Shown: in pieces, positions 17,421-29,438 of the stretch | Layout: each line of letters opens with the position of its first letter | Numbering within the stretch: the first letter of the stretch is position 1 | Assembly (NCBI GenBank): GCA_052390515.1 | Contig: JBQTGV010000086.1 | Coordinates: 1 to 46,643, forward strand | Direction: 5' to 3' | Length of the DNA: 46,643 nt | Source of the DNA: Candidatus Eiseniibacteriota bacterium | GTDB taxonomy: Bacteria; ARS69 | Made by a program: the position numbers and the translations under genes | Notes under the pieces: model-generated | The model's database searches: none | Seen by the model: the letters and a program-made list of their open reading frames with translations, nothing else | What the model was told of the DNA's origin: nothing

Positions 17421-18191
17421 TCACAGCCGCGCTACAGCGTCCCCGGGGATCCATCCGCGGAGGTCTCCGGGCAGGGAGATCTCCGTCCACTCGCCGCGCT
17501 CGCCTTCCACGACGACTTCCGCGCCCTCGTGCAGCACGAAGGCGGTCTCGAACGACGCACCCGGTCCGTTGCGCACGGTGGACTCGCGGGCCAGCACCAC
17601 GGCCTCGTCCACCCGCCCTGCGCGCCGCTCGATCGTCCACGCGCCGGCGAGCCCGAGCACCCACAACGAGAGCAGCGTCACGAAGGACCTGCGCCACGCA
17701 CCCGATCCGCGCGCGCCGAGCCGCCACGCGCACCCGGCGATCCCGGCCAGCACCCACAGCGCCATGGGCACGAGCGCCGCTTCGCCCGGCGTGACGCGGT
17801 CCAGCCATCCCTCCACCGGGCGGTCCGTCTTCGCGTCCTCCTCGACGCGGTCCAACGCGAGGAAGCGCGCGTAGTCCAGGTTCGCGCGGATGTCCTCGTC
17901 CCTCGGCGCCAGCGAGTGCGCGCGCCGGTAGTGATAGACCGCGGGACCGAGGCGGCCGGCCTTGAACCATGCGTTCGCCAGGTTGTACTCCACCGCGGGA
18001 TCCTCGATCCCGGACGCCACCACCTCACCGAACGCGGCCGCGGCGCCTTCGTAGTCACCGGATTCGTAGAGACGCATGCCGCTGTCGAAGGCGGCGCGCG
18101 CGGCCTCGTCCTTCGCCGCGGTCGGCAAGGCCGCGCCGAGCAGCGCGAGGATCGTCGCACCCGCGAGAGCCGCTCTCCTCGCCGCGATCAT
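17421..18191 (-). CDS. batE: BatE-like TPR + TM + SH3 protein
   Basis: ATG 18191 overlaps the batD stop. YNLANAWFK.G.LG.A.YHYRRA..LAPRD.DI.ANL, TM helices, SH3-like GPG..F...F.LHEG...GWI. Confidence 0.85.
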   Translation of the reverse strand: MIAARRAALAGATILALLGAALPTAAKDEAARAAFDSGMRLYESGDYEGAAAAFGEVVASGIEDPAVEYNLANAWFKAGRLGPAVYHYRRAHSLAPRDEDIRANLDYARFLALDRVEEDAKTDRPVEGWLDRVTPGEAALVPMALWVLAGIAGCAWRLGARGSGAWRRSFVTLLSLWVLGLAGAWTIERRAGRVDEAVVLARESTVRNGPGASFETAFVLHEGAEVVVEGERGEWTEISLPGDLRGWIPGDAVARL

Positions 18192-20056
18192 CGCCGCTCC
18201 ATCGCGCCAATCCAGGCCTGGGCGCGCTCGAGCAGGGCGCCCGCGCCGGCCGCGTCGCTGCCGAGGGGGGAGAAGCGCGCCGAGTCGCAGGACTCGAGCA
18301 TGGTGAAGAGCGCCGCGACCTCGTCCTCCTCGATTCCGTGCCCGAGAAGCCCGCGGCGAACTTCGCCCTCGTCCAGGTTCGCGGCCGCGAGATGCAGGCG
18401 GTCGGCCACGTAGCCGCGGAGCGAGGCCGACAGCTCCGCGAAGAACGGCGTGAGATCCGCTCCGCCGAGCGAGACCTTGGCGGCGTCGAGCCGCTTGGCG
18501 GCCAGCTTCCCGGCGCCGCGCCGCCTCGCCCAGCGCACGTCGCTTCTGAGCCGATCGCGGTGGCGGCGCATGACCGCCGACCCGGCGAGCGCGAGCACGG
18601 GCACGGCGTGCACCAGCAGGAACGCCGGCGTCGAGAACGGACCGCCGCGCTCGCGACGGAACGACGACGGCGCCGGCTTCACGTAGCGGATGTCTCGCTG
18701 GCGAAGACGAACCCGCTCCTTCGCGACCGTGGGGTCGTCGCCGCGGGCCAGCGCCTCGTCGAGGTCCGAGGCCTCCACCCGGAGCGGGATGGGCTCGGAC
18801 GCGACCGTGACGTAGCGGCCCGCCTGCGGATCGAAGACGGACAGCCGCACCGGCGGGATCTGCACGTCGCCGCCGGTCGAGGGCACGAGGACGTACTCCC
18901 ACGTCTTGGTCCCGTGGATCGTTCCGGATCGGACCTCGGCGGACTCCTTCGACGACGACTCGTACATCTTGAAGTCGTGGAGCACGGACACGTCCGGCGC
19001 GGGAACCACCTTCACGTTGCCCTCGCCGGACAGCGTGATCTCGAGCGTGACCGCTTCGCCGGCCTTCACGCTGGTGCGGTCGACCTTCGCGGAGAGCTGG
19101 AACTTGCCGACGGCGCCGGAGAAGTCCTGGGGCTTGCCCTCGGCGGGGAGCGCCTGTACGTCGATGACGATCGGTTGGGTCCGCAGCACGACTTCGCGGC
19201 CGGAGCGAAGCATCCCGAAGGGATCGTTGCCGAAGATGTCGAATGGGTCCCGGGCTCGGCTGCGCGCGCGGTCCTCGACGGTGGCGCGCAGCGTCGCCGG
19301 ACCGATCTCGTAGCGGCCTGGCGCGGTCGGGAAGAGAGCGGTGCGCACGCGCTCGGCGATGTAGCGGCGCCCCTCGAACGTCACTTCCTCCGGCTGCGTC
19401 ACGTCCAGCTCCTCGGCCCAGAAGCCGGTCCACGCCGGCCGCTCGTAGCGGGTGCCCTCCAGCACCCGGACACGCCGTAGGAACGTGAACGAGTACGAGA
19501 TCTGCTGGTTCACCCAGGGCGTGTCGTCGTCGATGCGGCCGAGCACGATGAGGTCGGTGCCGCCGTCGCTCCCTTCCTCGTCGTCGCCGAGCCTGCGCGG
19601 CGTGTTCGCGGTGGAGCCGGCCGGCTCGACTCGAACCTGCACGGTGTTGCTCGTGGCCTGCTCGTCGCCGCGCGTCACCGTCACCGGACCGATCGTGTAC
19701 GTGCCTTCCGCGTCGGCGATCAGCACGTACTGCGCCGTGACGCTGGACGTGGCACGGCCGTTCACGTACTGGAACCCCTGCGAGTCGTACCGGCTGACCG
19801 CGCGCAGGTTCTCCACCGCCGGCAGCTCCGGGCGGGGCACCGAGCCCATGCCGTCGTGGCGCACATCCACCTGCACCGTGAACTGTTCGCCGACCGAGAC
19901 CGCATCCCGCGACGCGGACAAGCTCACCTCGAGCGCCACGGCCGGTGCGGCGGCGAGCACGGCTGCCAGCAGGGCCGCGGCCGGCGTGGCGGCCAACGCG
20001 GCCGCCAGCTGGACGGCTCCGGGCCCGAAGCCCGACACTCGGGCGCTACCAGTCAT
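18188..20056 (-). CDS. batD: BatD family protein
   Basis: Ig-like BatD repeats (VGEQF, F.GAVG.F, SGEGN, FDP..G.Y), C-terminal TM, position in operon. Start is ATG 20056 or GTG 20065. Confidence 0.88.
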   Translation of the reverse strand: MTGSARVSGFGPGAVQLAAALAATPAAALLAAVLAAAPAVALEVSLSASRDAVSVGEQFTVQVDVRHDGMGSVPRPELPAVENLRAVSRYDSQGFQYVNGRATSSVTAQYVLIADAEGTYTIGPVTVTRGDEQATSNTVQVRVEPAGSTANTPRRLGDDEEGSDGGTDLIVLGRIDDDTPWVNQQISYSFTFLRRVRVLEGTRYERPAWTGFWAEELDVTQPEEVTFEGRRYIAERVRTALFPTAPGRYEIGPATLRATVEDRARSRARDPFDIFGNDPFGMLRSGREVVLRTQPIVIDVQALPAEGKPQDFSGAVGKFQLSAKVDRTSVKAGEAVTLEITLSGEGNVKVVPAPDVSVLHDFKMYESSSKESAEVRSGTIHGTKTWEYVLVPSTGGDVQIPPVRLSVFDPQAGRYVTVASEPIPLRVEASDLDEALARGDDPTVAKERVRLRQRDIRYVKPAPSSFRRERGGPFSTPAFLLVHAVPVLALAGSAVMRRHRDRLRSDVRWARRRGAGKLAAKRLDAAKVSLGGADLTPFFAELSASLRGYVADRLHLAAANLDEGEVRRGLLGHGIEEDEVAALFTMLESCDSARFSPLGSDAAGAGALLERAQAWIGAMERR

Positions 20057-20780
20057 TGCCGTCACCCTCGTCCTGCTCCTCTTCGTCCTGAAGCTGCTGC
20101 AGGACCTTCAACTCGTCGGACTGGATGGCGTTGAGCAGGCGCTCCGCGTCCTCCCGGGTCATGCGGCCGAGCTCCTGCTGCTGTTCCTGCGGCTGCTCTT
20201 CCTGCTCGCCCTGATCCGACGGAGTCTCCTCCTGATCGGACTGCTCCTGATCCTGTTGCTGCTCTTGCTGCTGCCCCTGCTCCCCTTCCTCGTCCTCCTG
20301 CTGCTCCTCCTGTTGCTGCTGCTGCTGCTGCTGCTGCAGACGCCTCAGCGCGATCTCCAGGTTCCGGCGAGCGTCGGCATCGGCGGGATCGAGATCCAGG
20401 CTCTGCAGGTAGGCCTCGACGGCGGGCTCGAACTGCTCGGCTTCGAGCAGCGTGTTGCCGAGATTGTAGAGCGCGTCGGCCGCCAGCGGCGAGTCCTCCG
20501 CGGCCGCGGCCCCGAGGAAGGCGTCGCGCGCCTCCTCGACCCGTCCTTCCTGCGAGAGAACGATCCCGCGGTTGAAGTCGGGGATCGCGCTTCCCGGACT
20601 GACGCGCGCCGCCTCGCCGTAGTGGCCGAGCGCTTCCTCGGCCGCCGCTTTCTCCTTCGCCTTGCGGTTTCCCTTCTCCACGTGCTCGTGGAACGGATCG
20701 AAGAAGCTCCACCCGACCAGGAAGGGGAGGACCGCGGCGAGCACGATGAGGACACTTCGCCGGGGCGGCGATTCTCTCAT
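20046..20780 (-). CDS. batC: BatC-like TPR protein with Q/E-rich tail
   Basis: YNLGNTL...A..AY..SL.L.P.D.DA..NLE.A, poly-Q, M..E.AERLLNAI, ending in DW. Confidence 0.88.
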   Translation of the reverse strand: MRESPPRRSVLIVLAAVLPFLVGWSFFDPFHEHVEKGNRKAKEKAAAEEALGHYGEAARVSPGSAIPDFNRGIVLSQEGRVEEARDAFLGAAAAEDSPLAADALYNLGNTLLEAEQFEPAVEAYLQSLDLDPADADARRNLEIALRRLQQQQQQQQQEEQQEDEEGEQGQQQEQQQDQEQSDQEETPSDQGEQEEQPQEQQQELGRMTREDAERLLNAIQSDELKVLQQLQDEEEQDEGDGNDW

Positions 20781-21796
20781 GCGAACCGCCCCTCCCACTC
20801 CTTGCGGCGGCGCACGCCGTCCGGCAGGCAGAAGTCGATCAGCAGCAGAAGCAGCGCCGCGCCGAGCGGGTACTGGAACCTCTCCTCCCACTGCGTGAAT
20901 GAGCGGGAGGCGAGCTCCTTCTCCTCCAGACTGGCGAGGCTCTCGTAGATCCGATCCAGCTCGAGCTCCCCGGTCGTCGCGCGGTGGAACTCGCCGTTGG
21001 AGGCCAGCGCCACGCGCTCCAGCGTCTCCGTGTCGAGCGCGGTCATGACGACCTCGCCGCGCCGGTCCTTGCGGAAGCCGCCGCCCTGTTCCTGGGGGAT
21101 GGGCTCGCCCTGCTCCGAGCCGATGCCGACGGCGTAGATGCGCACGCCCAGCCGCCCGGCTTCCTCCGCCGCGGCGACAGCATCGCCGGGGTGATCCTCG
21201 CCGTCGGTCACCAAGATGATCGCCTGGTGTTTCGCTTCGCCCTGGGGGAACGCGTCGAGCGCCGTGCGAATGGCGCCGCCGACGTCGGTGCCCCCTGTCG
21301 TCACCGCGTTCTGGTCGAGCACGTCGAGGAACATCCGCGCCGCACCGTAGTCCAGCGTCAGCGGGCACTGCAGGAACGCGTCCCCGGCGAACGCGACGAT
21401 GCCCACGCGGTCGCCGTCCAGCCGGTCGAAGAGCGCCGAGACCTGGCGCTTCGCTTTGGCCAGCCGCGACGGGCGGATGTCCTGCGCGAGCATCGAGTTG
21501 GAGACGTCCAGCACGAAGAGCAGGTCCGCGCCGCGCCGCTTCACGGTGATCTCCCGGCTGCCGACCCGCGGCCCGGCGAGCGCGAACAGGAGCAGCAGCA
21601 GCGCCGATCCCTGCAGGACGAGCTTGAGCTTGCGTCGCGCCGGGCTCCAGCCGGCCGCCAGCTTGGGGAGCAGCTCTTCGGCCGCGAGGAGCCGACGCGC
21701 GCGGTCCGCCGAGCGCAGCGCCCAGACGGCGAACAGCGGCACGAGCACGAGCGCCGGCCAGACGAGATGCAGCAGCTCGGGCCGCTCGAATCTCAT
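20777..21796 (-). CDS. batB: BatB VWA-domain protein
   Basis: LDVSNSMLAQDI.PSRL, CPLTLDY, TDGEDH; aerotolerance-type N-terminus. Confidence 0.9.
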   Translation of the reverse strand: MRFERPELLHLVWPALVLVPLFAVWALRSADRARRLLAAEELLPKLAAGWSPARRKLKLVLQGSALLLLLFALAGPRVGSREITVKRRGADLLFVLDVSNSMLAQDIRPSRLAKAKRQVSALFDRLDGDRVGIVAFAGDAFLQCPLTLDYGAARMFLDVLDQNAVTTGGTDVGGAIRTALDAFPQGEAKHQAIILVTDGEDHPGDAVAAAEEAGRLGVRIYAVGIGSEQGEPIPQEQGGGFRKDRRGEVVMTALDTETLERVALASNGEFHRATTGELELDRIYESLASLEEKELASRSFTQWEERFQYPLGAALLLLLIDFCLPDGVRRRKEWEGRFA

Positions 21797-22794
21797 GGCA
21801 GCACCCGGAGTCTCGTGCCGGCGAGCGCCACTTCGAGCAGGAGCAGGAGGACCGCGGGGACGGCGGCGAGACGGTACCGCTCCTCGACCCGCTCGAACTG
21901 CTTCACCTGGAAGCGCGTCCGCTCGAGCTCCAGGATCTCGGCGTAGATCTTCGCCAGTGCCTCCTCGTCCGTGGCGCGGAAGTACCGGCCGCCGGTGACG
22001 TCGGCGATGGCCTTCAGCGAGGCCTCGTCGATCTTGGTCAGCAGCAGCGAACCGTCGGGGTTGCGCGCGTAGATCTTGCCGTAGACCGGGTGCTGCACGG
22101 GGATCGGAGCGCCGCCCTGCTTGCCCACTCCGATCGTGTAGACGCGGACGGCGAGCGCCTGCGCTACCTTCGCGGCCGTCTCCGGGTCGATCTTGCCGGC
22201 GTTGTTTTCGCCGTCGGTCAGCAGGATGACCACCTTGCTCTTCGCCGCGGAGTCCTTGAGCCGGTTGACGCTATTGACGAGCGCGGTTCCGACGGCGGTC
22301 CCGTCCTCGATCATCCCGACTTCCACCCGCTCGAGCAGCGTTCTCAGCACGTCGTAGTCCAGCGTCAGCGGGCACTGCGTGAACGACTGCCCGGCGAAGA
22401 CCACGAGCCCGACGCGGTCGTTGCGGATCAGGTTCAGGAACTCGGCGATCACCTGCTTGGCGACGACGAGACGGTTCTGCGGCTTGAAGTCCTCGGCCTG
22501 CATGGAGCCGGAGATGTCCAGCGCCAGCATGATGTCGATCCCTTCGGTGAGGATCTCCTCCTCCTTCTCGACGAGCTGCGGCCGGGCGAAGGCGACGACC
22601 AGGAGCGCGAGCGCGGCGATGCGCGCCACGGGCAGGAGCGAACGCAGGCGCGCGGCGAAGGACGCGCCGGCGAACGGCTCGAGCGTGGGATAGCGCGCGC
22701 CCGGCCGGTGCGCGAGGCCTCGCCGGAGGATCCATGCGCCGGCGACCAGCACGGGCACGAGCGCGAGCAGCAGCCACGGGTCGCGGAAGGTCAT
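21793..22794 (-). CDS. batA: BatA VWA-domain protein
   Basis: ATG 22794 MTFRDPWLL; GIDIMLALDISGSM.AEDFKP.NRL, GTA.G.AL, LLTDGENN.G. Confidence 0.92.
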   Translation of the reverse strand: MTFRDPWLLLALVPVLVAGAWILRRGLAHRPGARYPTLEPFAGASFAARLRSLLPVARIAALALLVVAFARPQLVEKEEEILTEGIDIMLALDISGSMQAEDFKPQNRLVVAKQVIAEFLNLIRNDRVGLVVFAGQSFTQCPLTLDYDVLRTLLERVEVGMIEDGTAVGTALVNSVNRLKDSAAKSKVVILLTDGENNAGKIDPETAAKVAQALAVRVYTIGVGKQGGAPIPVQHPVYGKIYARNPDGSLLLTKIDEASLKAIADVTGGRYFRATDEEALAKIYAEILELERTRFQVKQFERVEERYRLAAVPAVLLLLLEVALAGTRLRVLP

Positions 22795-23752
22795 GCGGCG
22801 GCCTCCGCGGCCTCGACCTTGGGCACGGTGGCGAGCACGACGTCGCGGGCGCGGCCCTCCGTGGCGCGCGCGGCCCCCGCCTCGGGGCGGGCCTTGGCGA
22901 ACTTCACGAGGTCCGCCTCCCGCAGCAGCGAGAGGATCCGCACCGAGTTCTCCGTGCGGATCGGCGTGCGCTGCAGCAGCTCGCCGAGATCGGCGGTCGT
23001 GGACTCGAGGGCCGGCACGCCGTAGCGCTCCTCCAGGTACCGGCGTAGCGCCTCGGTCACTTCCACGTACTGGCGGTCGAGCATCCCCTGGCCGACGTAG
23101 TCGGCCGCGGCGATGCGGTCCAGCTCCTCGAGTGCGGTCTCCCAGGCGGGGCGAAGCGGCGTCTTCGGGATCTGCGGCACGGCGGTCGGCAGCGCGCGCC
23201 GGCGGCGGAGCTTGCGCAGGATCCAGAACCCGAGCGCCGTGGCCACCACGGCCGCCACCGCCGCGATGATCAGCGGAGCCCAGTTCCGCGGCGCATCGAG
23301 CGCGGGCTTCAGGGCGGCCGGCTCCGGCTCGGCGGCCTCCGCGGGGGGCGCGTCCTCGCCCTGCGTCGCGCCGCCCTCGCCCGCTGGCCTCGCCTCCGAA
23401 GGCTCGAGGTTCGACGCCACGCTCACCGGGACCGGCTCGCTTGCCACGTCCGAGATCTCGCCGTCCGGTCCGCGCGCCTCGAGAGTCACCGCGGGGATAG
23501 CCACCTCGCCCGCCTCCAGCGCGACGATGCGGAGCTTCCACCCCGTTCCCTCGGCCGCCGGCAGCGGCTCCACCGCGCGCAGCCGGAAGGGCTTCAGATC
23601 CAGCTCACGGGCCGGCGGCGCGACGACCCAGTCTTCTTCCGCGTCCACGCTCAGGGTCAGGTCGAGCGTCCCGCCGACGGTCGTCGCGGTCGTGTCCACC
23701 GCGGCGCGCATCACCGGCGCGGCGGCCAGCAGCAGGACGAGCAGCCCGCCGG

Positions 23753-23756
<4 letters not shown>
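22791..23756 (-). CDS. Bat-operon single-TM membrane protein (DUF4381-like)
   Basis: Ig-like N-terminus, TM helix, LRRYLE.RYG.PALESTT, ADLVKFAK. Confidence 0.85.
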
Positions 23757-24634
<878 letters not shown>

Positions 24635-24651
24635 GCGTGCACGCCCGCGCC

Positions 24652-25671
<1,020 letters not shown>

Positions 25672-25856
25672 GGGGACTTCCCTCCCGAGGATGCGGTGGT
25701 GGTTCCGAAAGCTCGGTTGGTGAAACCATCCCCGCGGGGGTGGGTTCCGGGCCGGGCGGGCTGCCGCCGGCGCGCTGCAGCGGTCGGTTGCCGACTCGGG
25801 GGGCGGATTCTAGGCGGGGAGCGGGGTCCCCGGCAAGTCGGGACCGGCCGTGCCGG

Positions 25857-26438
25857 TCACCCGAACCACTCCGGCTCGTTTCCCGGCTTCCACTTGATGT
25901 TGCAGCCGATGCTGGGCCGCTGCTCCTGGGGCACGGGCCGGCCGGCGGCCAGCGCCGCGACCGCCGCACGCAGGTCCTCGCCGGTGACCGGGACGTCGTT
26001 CCCGGGCCGGCTCCCGTCGAGCTGCCCGCGGTAGACGAGCGCGCCGCCGGCGTCGAAGAGGAAGAAGTCCGGCGTGCAGGCGGCCTGGAACGCCTTCGCG
26101 ACGGCCTGCGTCTCGTCGAACAGGTACGGGAACTTCCAGCGCTCGCGGACGGCGAGCTCCTTCATCTTGTCCGGCGCGTCGTCGGGGTAGGCCACGATGT
26201 CGTTCGCGTTGACGGCCGCGACGCCGATGCCGCGCGCCGCCGCGTCCGCGCCCATGCGGCCGATCTCGGCCAGCACGTGCTTCACGAACGGGCAGTGGTT
26301 GCAGATGAACATGACCAGCGTGCCCTTCGCGCCGGCGACGCCGGCCGCCGTCACCGTCTTCCCGGTCACCACGTCCTTCAGGGCGAAGCTCGGCAGCTCG
26401 GTGCCGAGAGTCAGCATGGTGGAGAGCGTTCGAGCCAC
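25857..26438 (-). CDS. Thioredoxin-like (AhpC/TSA, PRX-like1) protein
   Basis: FICNHCPFV, YPDDAPDKM, FPYLFDETQ.VA, ACTPDFF, YRGQLD, SIGCNIKWK. Confidence 0.93.
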   Translation of the reverse strand: MARTLSTMLTLGTELPSFALKDVVTGKTVTAAGVAGAKGTLVMFICNHCPFVKHVLAEIGRMGADAAARGIGVAAVNANDIVAYPDDAPDKMKELAVRERWKFPYLFDETQAVAKAFQAACTPDFFLFDAGGALVYRGQLDGSRPGNDVPVTGEDLRAAVAALAAGRPVPQEQRPSIGCNIKWKPGNEPEWFG

Positions 26439-26462
26439 GGCATCCTCCGGATTCGAAGTGGG

Positions 26463-26927
26463 TCACGCCGGCGGCGATTGCCGCCGCGCCGTCTGGATGA
26501 TCTCGTCGAGTCGGTGCAGGAAGCGCGAGCGGTCGCGGTTTCCGAAGGGCGGCGGCCCGCCCGTCGAGGCGCCGCCCTCCCGAAGGATGGAGAGCAGATC
26601 TCGGGTCGCGACCGCGTCCCCGATGCCGTCTTCCGTGAAGTCCTGGCCGCGGGGACCGAGCACGCGCGCCTGCTTCCCCAGGCAGCGCGACGCCAAGGGG
26701 ATGTCCGCCGTGATCACGATGTCCCCCGGACCGACGTGCTCGACGATCCAGGCGTCCGCGGCGTCGAGCTGCCCGTCGCCGACCACCACGAGGTTCACAT
26801 CGTCCCCGGAGGGAATGCGCATCGTTCGGTTCGACACCAGCGTGACGGGGAGATCGTACCGCTTCGCCACGCGGTAGATCTCCTCCTTCACGGGACACGC
26901 GTCCGCGTCGACGTAGACGTGGAGCAA
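26463..26927 (-). CDS. YaiI/YqxD (DUF188) family protein
   Basis: VDADACPVK, DAAD.WIV, DIVITADIPLA, GGP.PF..RDR.RF. Confidence 0.93.
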   Translation of the reverse strand: MLHVYVDADACPVKEEIYRVAKRYDLPVTLVSNRTMRIPSGDDVNLVVVGDGQLDAADAWIVEHVGPGDIVITADIPLASRCLGKQARVLGPRGQDFTEDGIGDAVATRDLLSILREGGASTGGPPPFGNRDRSRFLHRLDEIIQTARRQSPPA

Positions 26928-26934
26928 GGCGCTC

Positions 26935-28668
26935 CTACTGGAAGTCGGGATCTCCTTCGGCGACGACGGCCTCGCCGGCCTTCGTGCCGCGCGCCACCGA
27001 CTTGACCGGCGCCTTGCCTTCCAGCGCCGCGAGGTACGCGGGCCGGTCCAGGATCAGGTCGACGGCCGCCTGGAACTGATCGTCGTTGCGCAGGCTCACC
27101 TCGTACATGGCCTCGGTGCCGTGCACGTTGGAGAGGATCTCGCGCTCGATTCCGAAGCGGATGTAGTCCCGGTTCCTCTCGAAGTCCCCGGCCTTCTCCT
27201 CGTCCACGCGGGCCTCCAGCGCGTCGACGGCCGCCAGCGTCGCGGCGGTGAATCCCTCTTCCTTGCCGAGCTCGCGCAGCCGGCCGATTTCCACTTCCGC
27301 GGGCGTCTCGTAGTCGAACTTCTCCTGCGCGAGGTACGCGCGGAACTCCTCGAGTACGGCATCCGTGGCGCGGAAGTCGCGGGCGATCTGGTGGTCGGCC
27401 GCGTAGTTCACGGCGAAGCGGAAGAAGTGGTTCTGGCGCACCAGCTCGAAACCGTAGCGAGTGCCGAGCTCCGGCTCGAACACGACGTCCGGCTGGATGC
27501 CGCCGGCGATCGAGGCGTCCTCGGTGGCCGGGATCTCCGCCGCGCCCGGATCGAGCGCCGTCTCGTCGAGCAACGCGTCGTCCAGCGCCGCCTCGTCTTC
27601 CTTCCACGGCTTCTGGATGCAGCGGCCGGCCGGCGTGTACCACTTCGCCGTGGTGAGCTTCAGATTGGTCTCCGAGTCCAGCGGAATGAGCGTCTGCACC
27701 AAGCCCTTGCCGTAGGTGAGCTCTCCCAGGATGACTGCGCGGCCGTCGTCCTGCACCGCGCCCGCGACGATCTCCGCGGCGCTCGCCGAGGAACCGTTGA
27801 CGAGCACCACGACCGGGATCTCCGCGGGCAGCGTCGGCTTGGACGTCGCGTGGTACTCGACGCGATCCGCCTCGGCGCGGCCCTGCGTGTAGACGATCAG
27901 CTTGCCGCGATCCAGGAACTGCTCCGAGATGGACACGGCCTGCGTGAGGAGGCCGCCGTGGTTCCAGCGCAGATCGAAGACGATACCTTTCGCGCCCTCG
28001 GCGACGAGCCGCCCGATTGCGTTCTGCACTTCCTGGCCCGAGTCCTCGGCGAAGCGCGAAAGGCGCACGTACCCCACTCCGTCACGGACGACGGCGGCGT
28101 ACGGGACCGACTTCAATTCGATGACGTCGCGCTCGATGTCCAGCTCCAGGGGCACCGTCTCGCCCTTGCGCTGGATGGTGATGTGCACGGTGGTGCCCTG
28201 GCGGCCGCGAAGCTTGTTGGCCGCCTCCGTGGTGGTGATGCCCTTCGTGGACTCGCCCTCGATCTTCACGATGCGATCCCCGGCGCGGATGCCCAGCTTG
28301 AACGCGGGCGTGCCCTCGATGGGGGAGACGACGGTGAGCCACTCGTCGCGGATGTCGATGGAGATCCCGATGCCGCCGTACTTGCCCTGAGTGTCGAGCA
28401 TCAGGTCCTCGTACTCCGTCTTCTCCAGGAACGCGGAGTGCGGGTCCAGCGCGCCCATCATCCCTTCGATGGACGAGTAGATGAGATCCTGGGAATCCAC
28501 TTCCTCGACGTACTTGTCGTACACGTTCGCGAGGATGCGGTTGTAGGTCTTGATGTTCTCGTAGACGGTGCCTTTGGACGCCGACGTCGCCGAGGCTCCC
28601 CCGACCAGCGCGAGGCCGAGGAGTGCGAGGACGAGGGTGCGGCCCGTGGGTCTCCTGGGAGCTGCCAT
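26935..28668 (-). CDS. ctpA: S41A C-terminal processing peptidase (PDZ)
   Basis: LDPHS, GIGI PDZ motif, DLR.N.GGLL, SASAAEIVAG, T.GKG.VQ, KLTTAKWYTP.GRCIQ. Confidence 0.93.
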   Translation of the reverse strand: MAAPRRPTGRTLVLALLGLALVGGASATSASKGTVYENIKTYNRILANVYDKYVEEVDSQDLIYSSIEGMMGALDPHSAFLEKTEYEDLMLDTQGKYGGIGISIDIRDEWLTVVSPIEGTPAFKLGIRAGDRIVKIEGESTKGITTTEAANKLRGRQGTTVHITIQRKGETVPLELDIERDVIELKSVPYAAVVRDGVGYVRLSRFAEDSGQEVQNAIGRLVAEGAKGIVFDLRWNHGGLLTQAVSISEQFLDRGKLIVYTQGRAEADRVEYHATSKPTLPAEIPVVVLVNGSSASAAEIVAGAVQDDGRAVILGELTYGKGLVQTLIPLDSETNLKLTTAKWYTPAGRCIQKPWKEDEAALDDALLDETALDPGAAEIPATEDASIAGGIQPDVVFEPELGTRYGFELVRQNHFFRFAVNYAADHQIARDFRATDAVLEEFRAYLAQEKFDYETPAEVEIGRLRELGKEEGFTAATLAAVDALEARVDEEKAGDFERNRDYIRFGIEREILSNVHGTEAMYEVSLRNDDQFQAAVDLILDRPAYLAALEGKAPVKSVARGTKAGEAVVAEGDPDFQ

Positions 28669-28811
28669 CGGCTGGGATCCTCCGCGAACGGGTCCTACCT
28701 GGATCGGCCCGGATGCCGTGTGTCCTTGAACCCGGATTCGCCCCGGGTGTGCCGGATCCGCTCCGGGGAGCCCCGGGATTTACTTCCTTTTGCGAAACCC
28801 GACGGAAACCG

Positions 28812-29438
28812 CTACTTCTGGCCCTTCGCCTTCATCTTCTCCGCGTGGTCGATGTCCTCGAGGGCGCCCTTGGCGAAGAAGCTCACCAGCTCGGAGGACG
28901 ACTTCGCAGCCTCCTCCAGGGCCCCGCGCGCCTGGGGATCCCCGAACCAGCCGAGCGCGAAGGCGGCGTCCATCTGCACGGCCTCCTCGTCGTTCTTGAG
29001 CTTGTCGAGAAGTACGGGGATCGCCTTCCGCCCCGCCGACTCCAGGACCGGTGTGTCCTGCGTGCGGGCCAGCGCCCGGCAGGCCATCGCGCGGGTCGAC
29101 GCTTCCGGATCGTTCTGAAGGATACCGATCACCGGATCGATCCAGCGGGGATCGTCGATGTAGCTCACCGTGTGGATGGCGTACTCGCGGACCTTCACCC
29201 GCTGGTCCTTCATGAGGTCGACGAGGGGCGGGACGGACTCGCTGCCGATGATGCGCAGCTCGAAGAACATCCGGTTCCGCATCGGGTCGTTGCCCTCTTC
29301 GATCGCCTGGATCATCGTCTCGATCGAAGTGCGGATCTTGGTCTGGACGTCCTCCTCCTGGGCGCTGGACCCCGGTGCGTTGACGCTCACGAGGGCCAGG
29401 GCCGCGGCGAAGGCCGTTCGGACGTTCGACATCCTCAT
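28812..29438 (-). CDS. Exported HEAT-repeat protein
   Basis: ATG 29438 (ATGA overlap), signal peptide, HEAT/PBS repeats (VPPLVDLM..VR..A, AAFALG..GDP.A). Confidence 0.8.
   Translation of the reverse strand: MRMSNVRTAFAAALALVSVNAPGSSAQEEDVQTKIRTSIETMIQAIEEGNDPMRNRMFFELRIIGSESVPPLVDLMKDQRVKVREYAIHTVSYIDDPRWIDPVIGILQNDPEASTRAMACRALARTQDTPVLESAGRKAIPVLLDKLKNDEEAVQMDAAFALGWFGDPQARGALEEAAKSSSELVSFFAKGALEDIDHAEKMKAKGQK

Noticed and set aside
20300-20340. (CTG)n microsatellite
   Set aside because: It encodes the ordinary poly-Q linker of BatC-type proteins.
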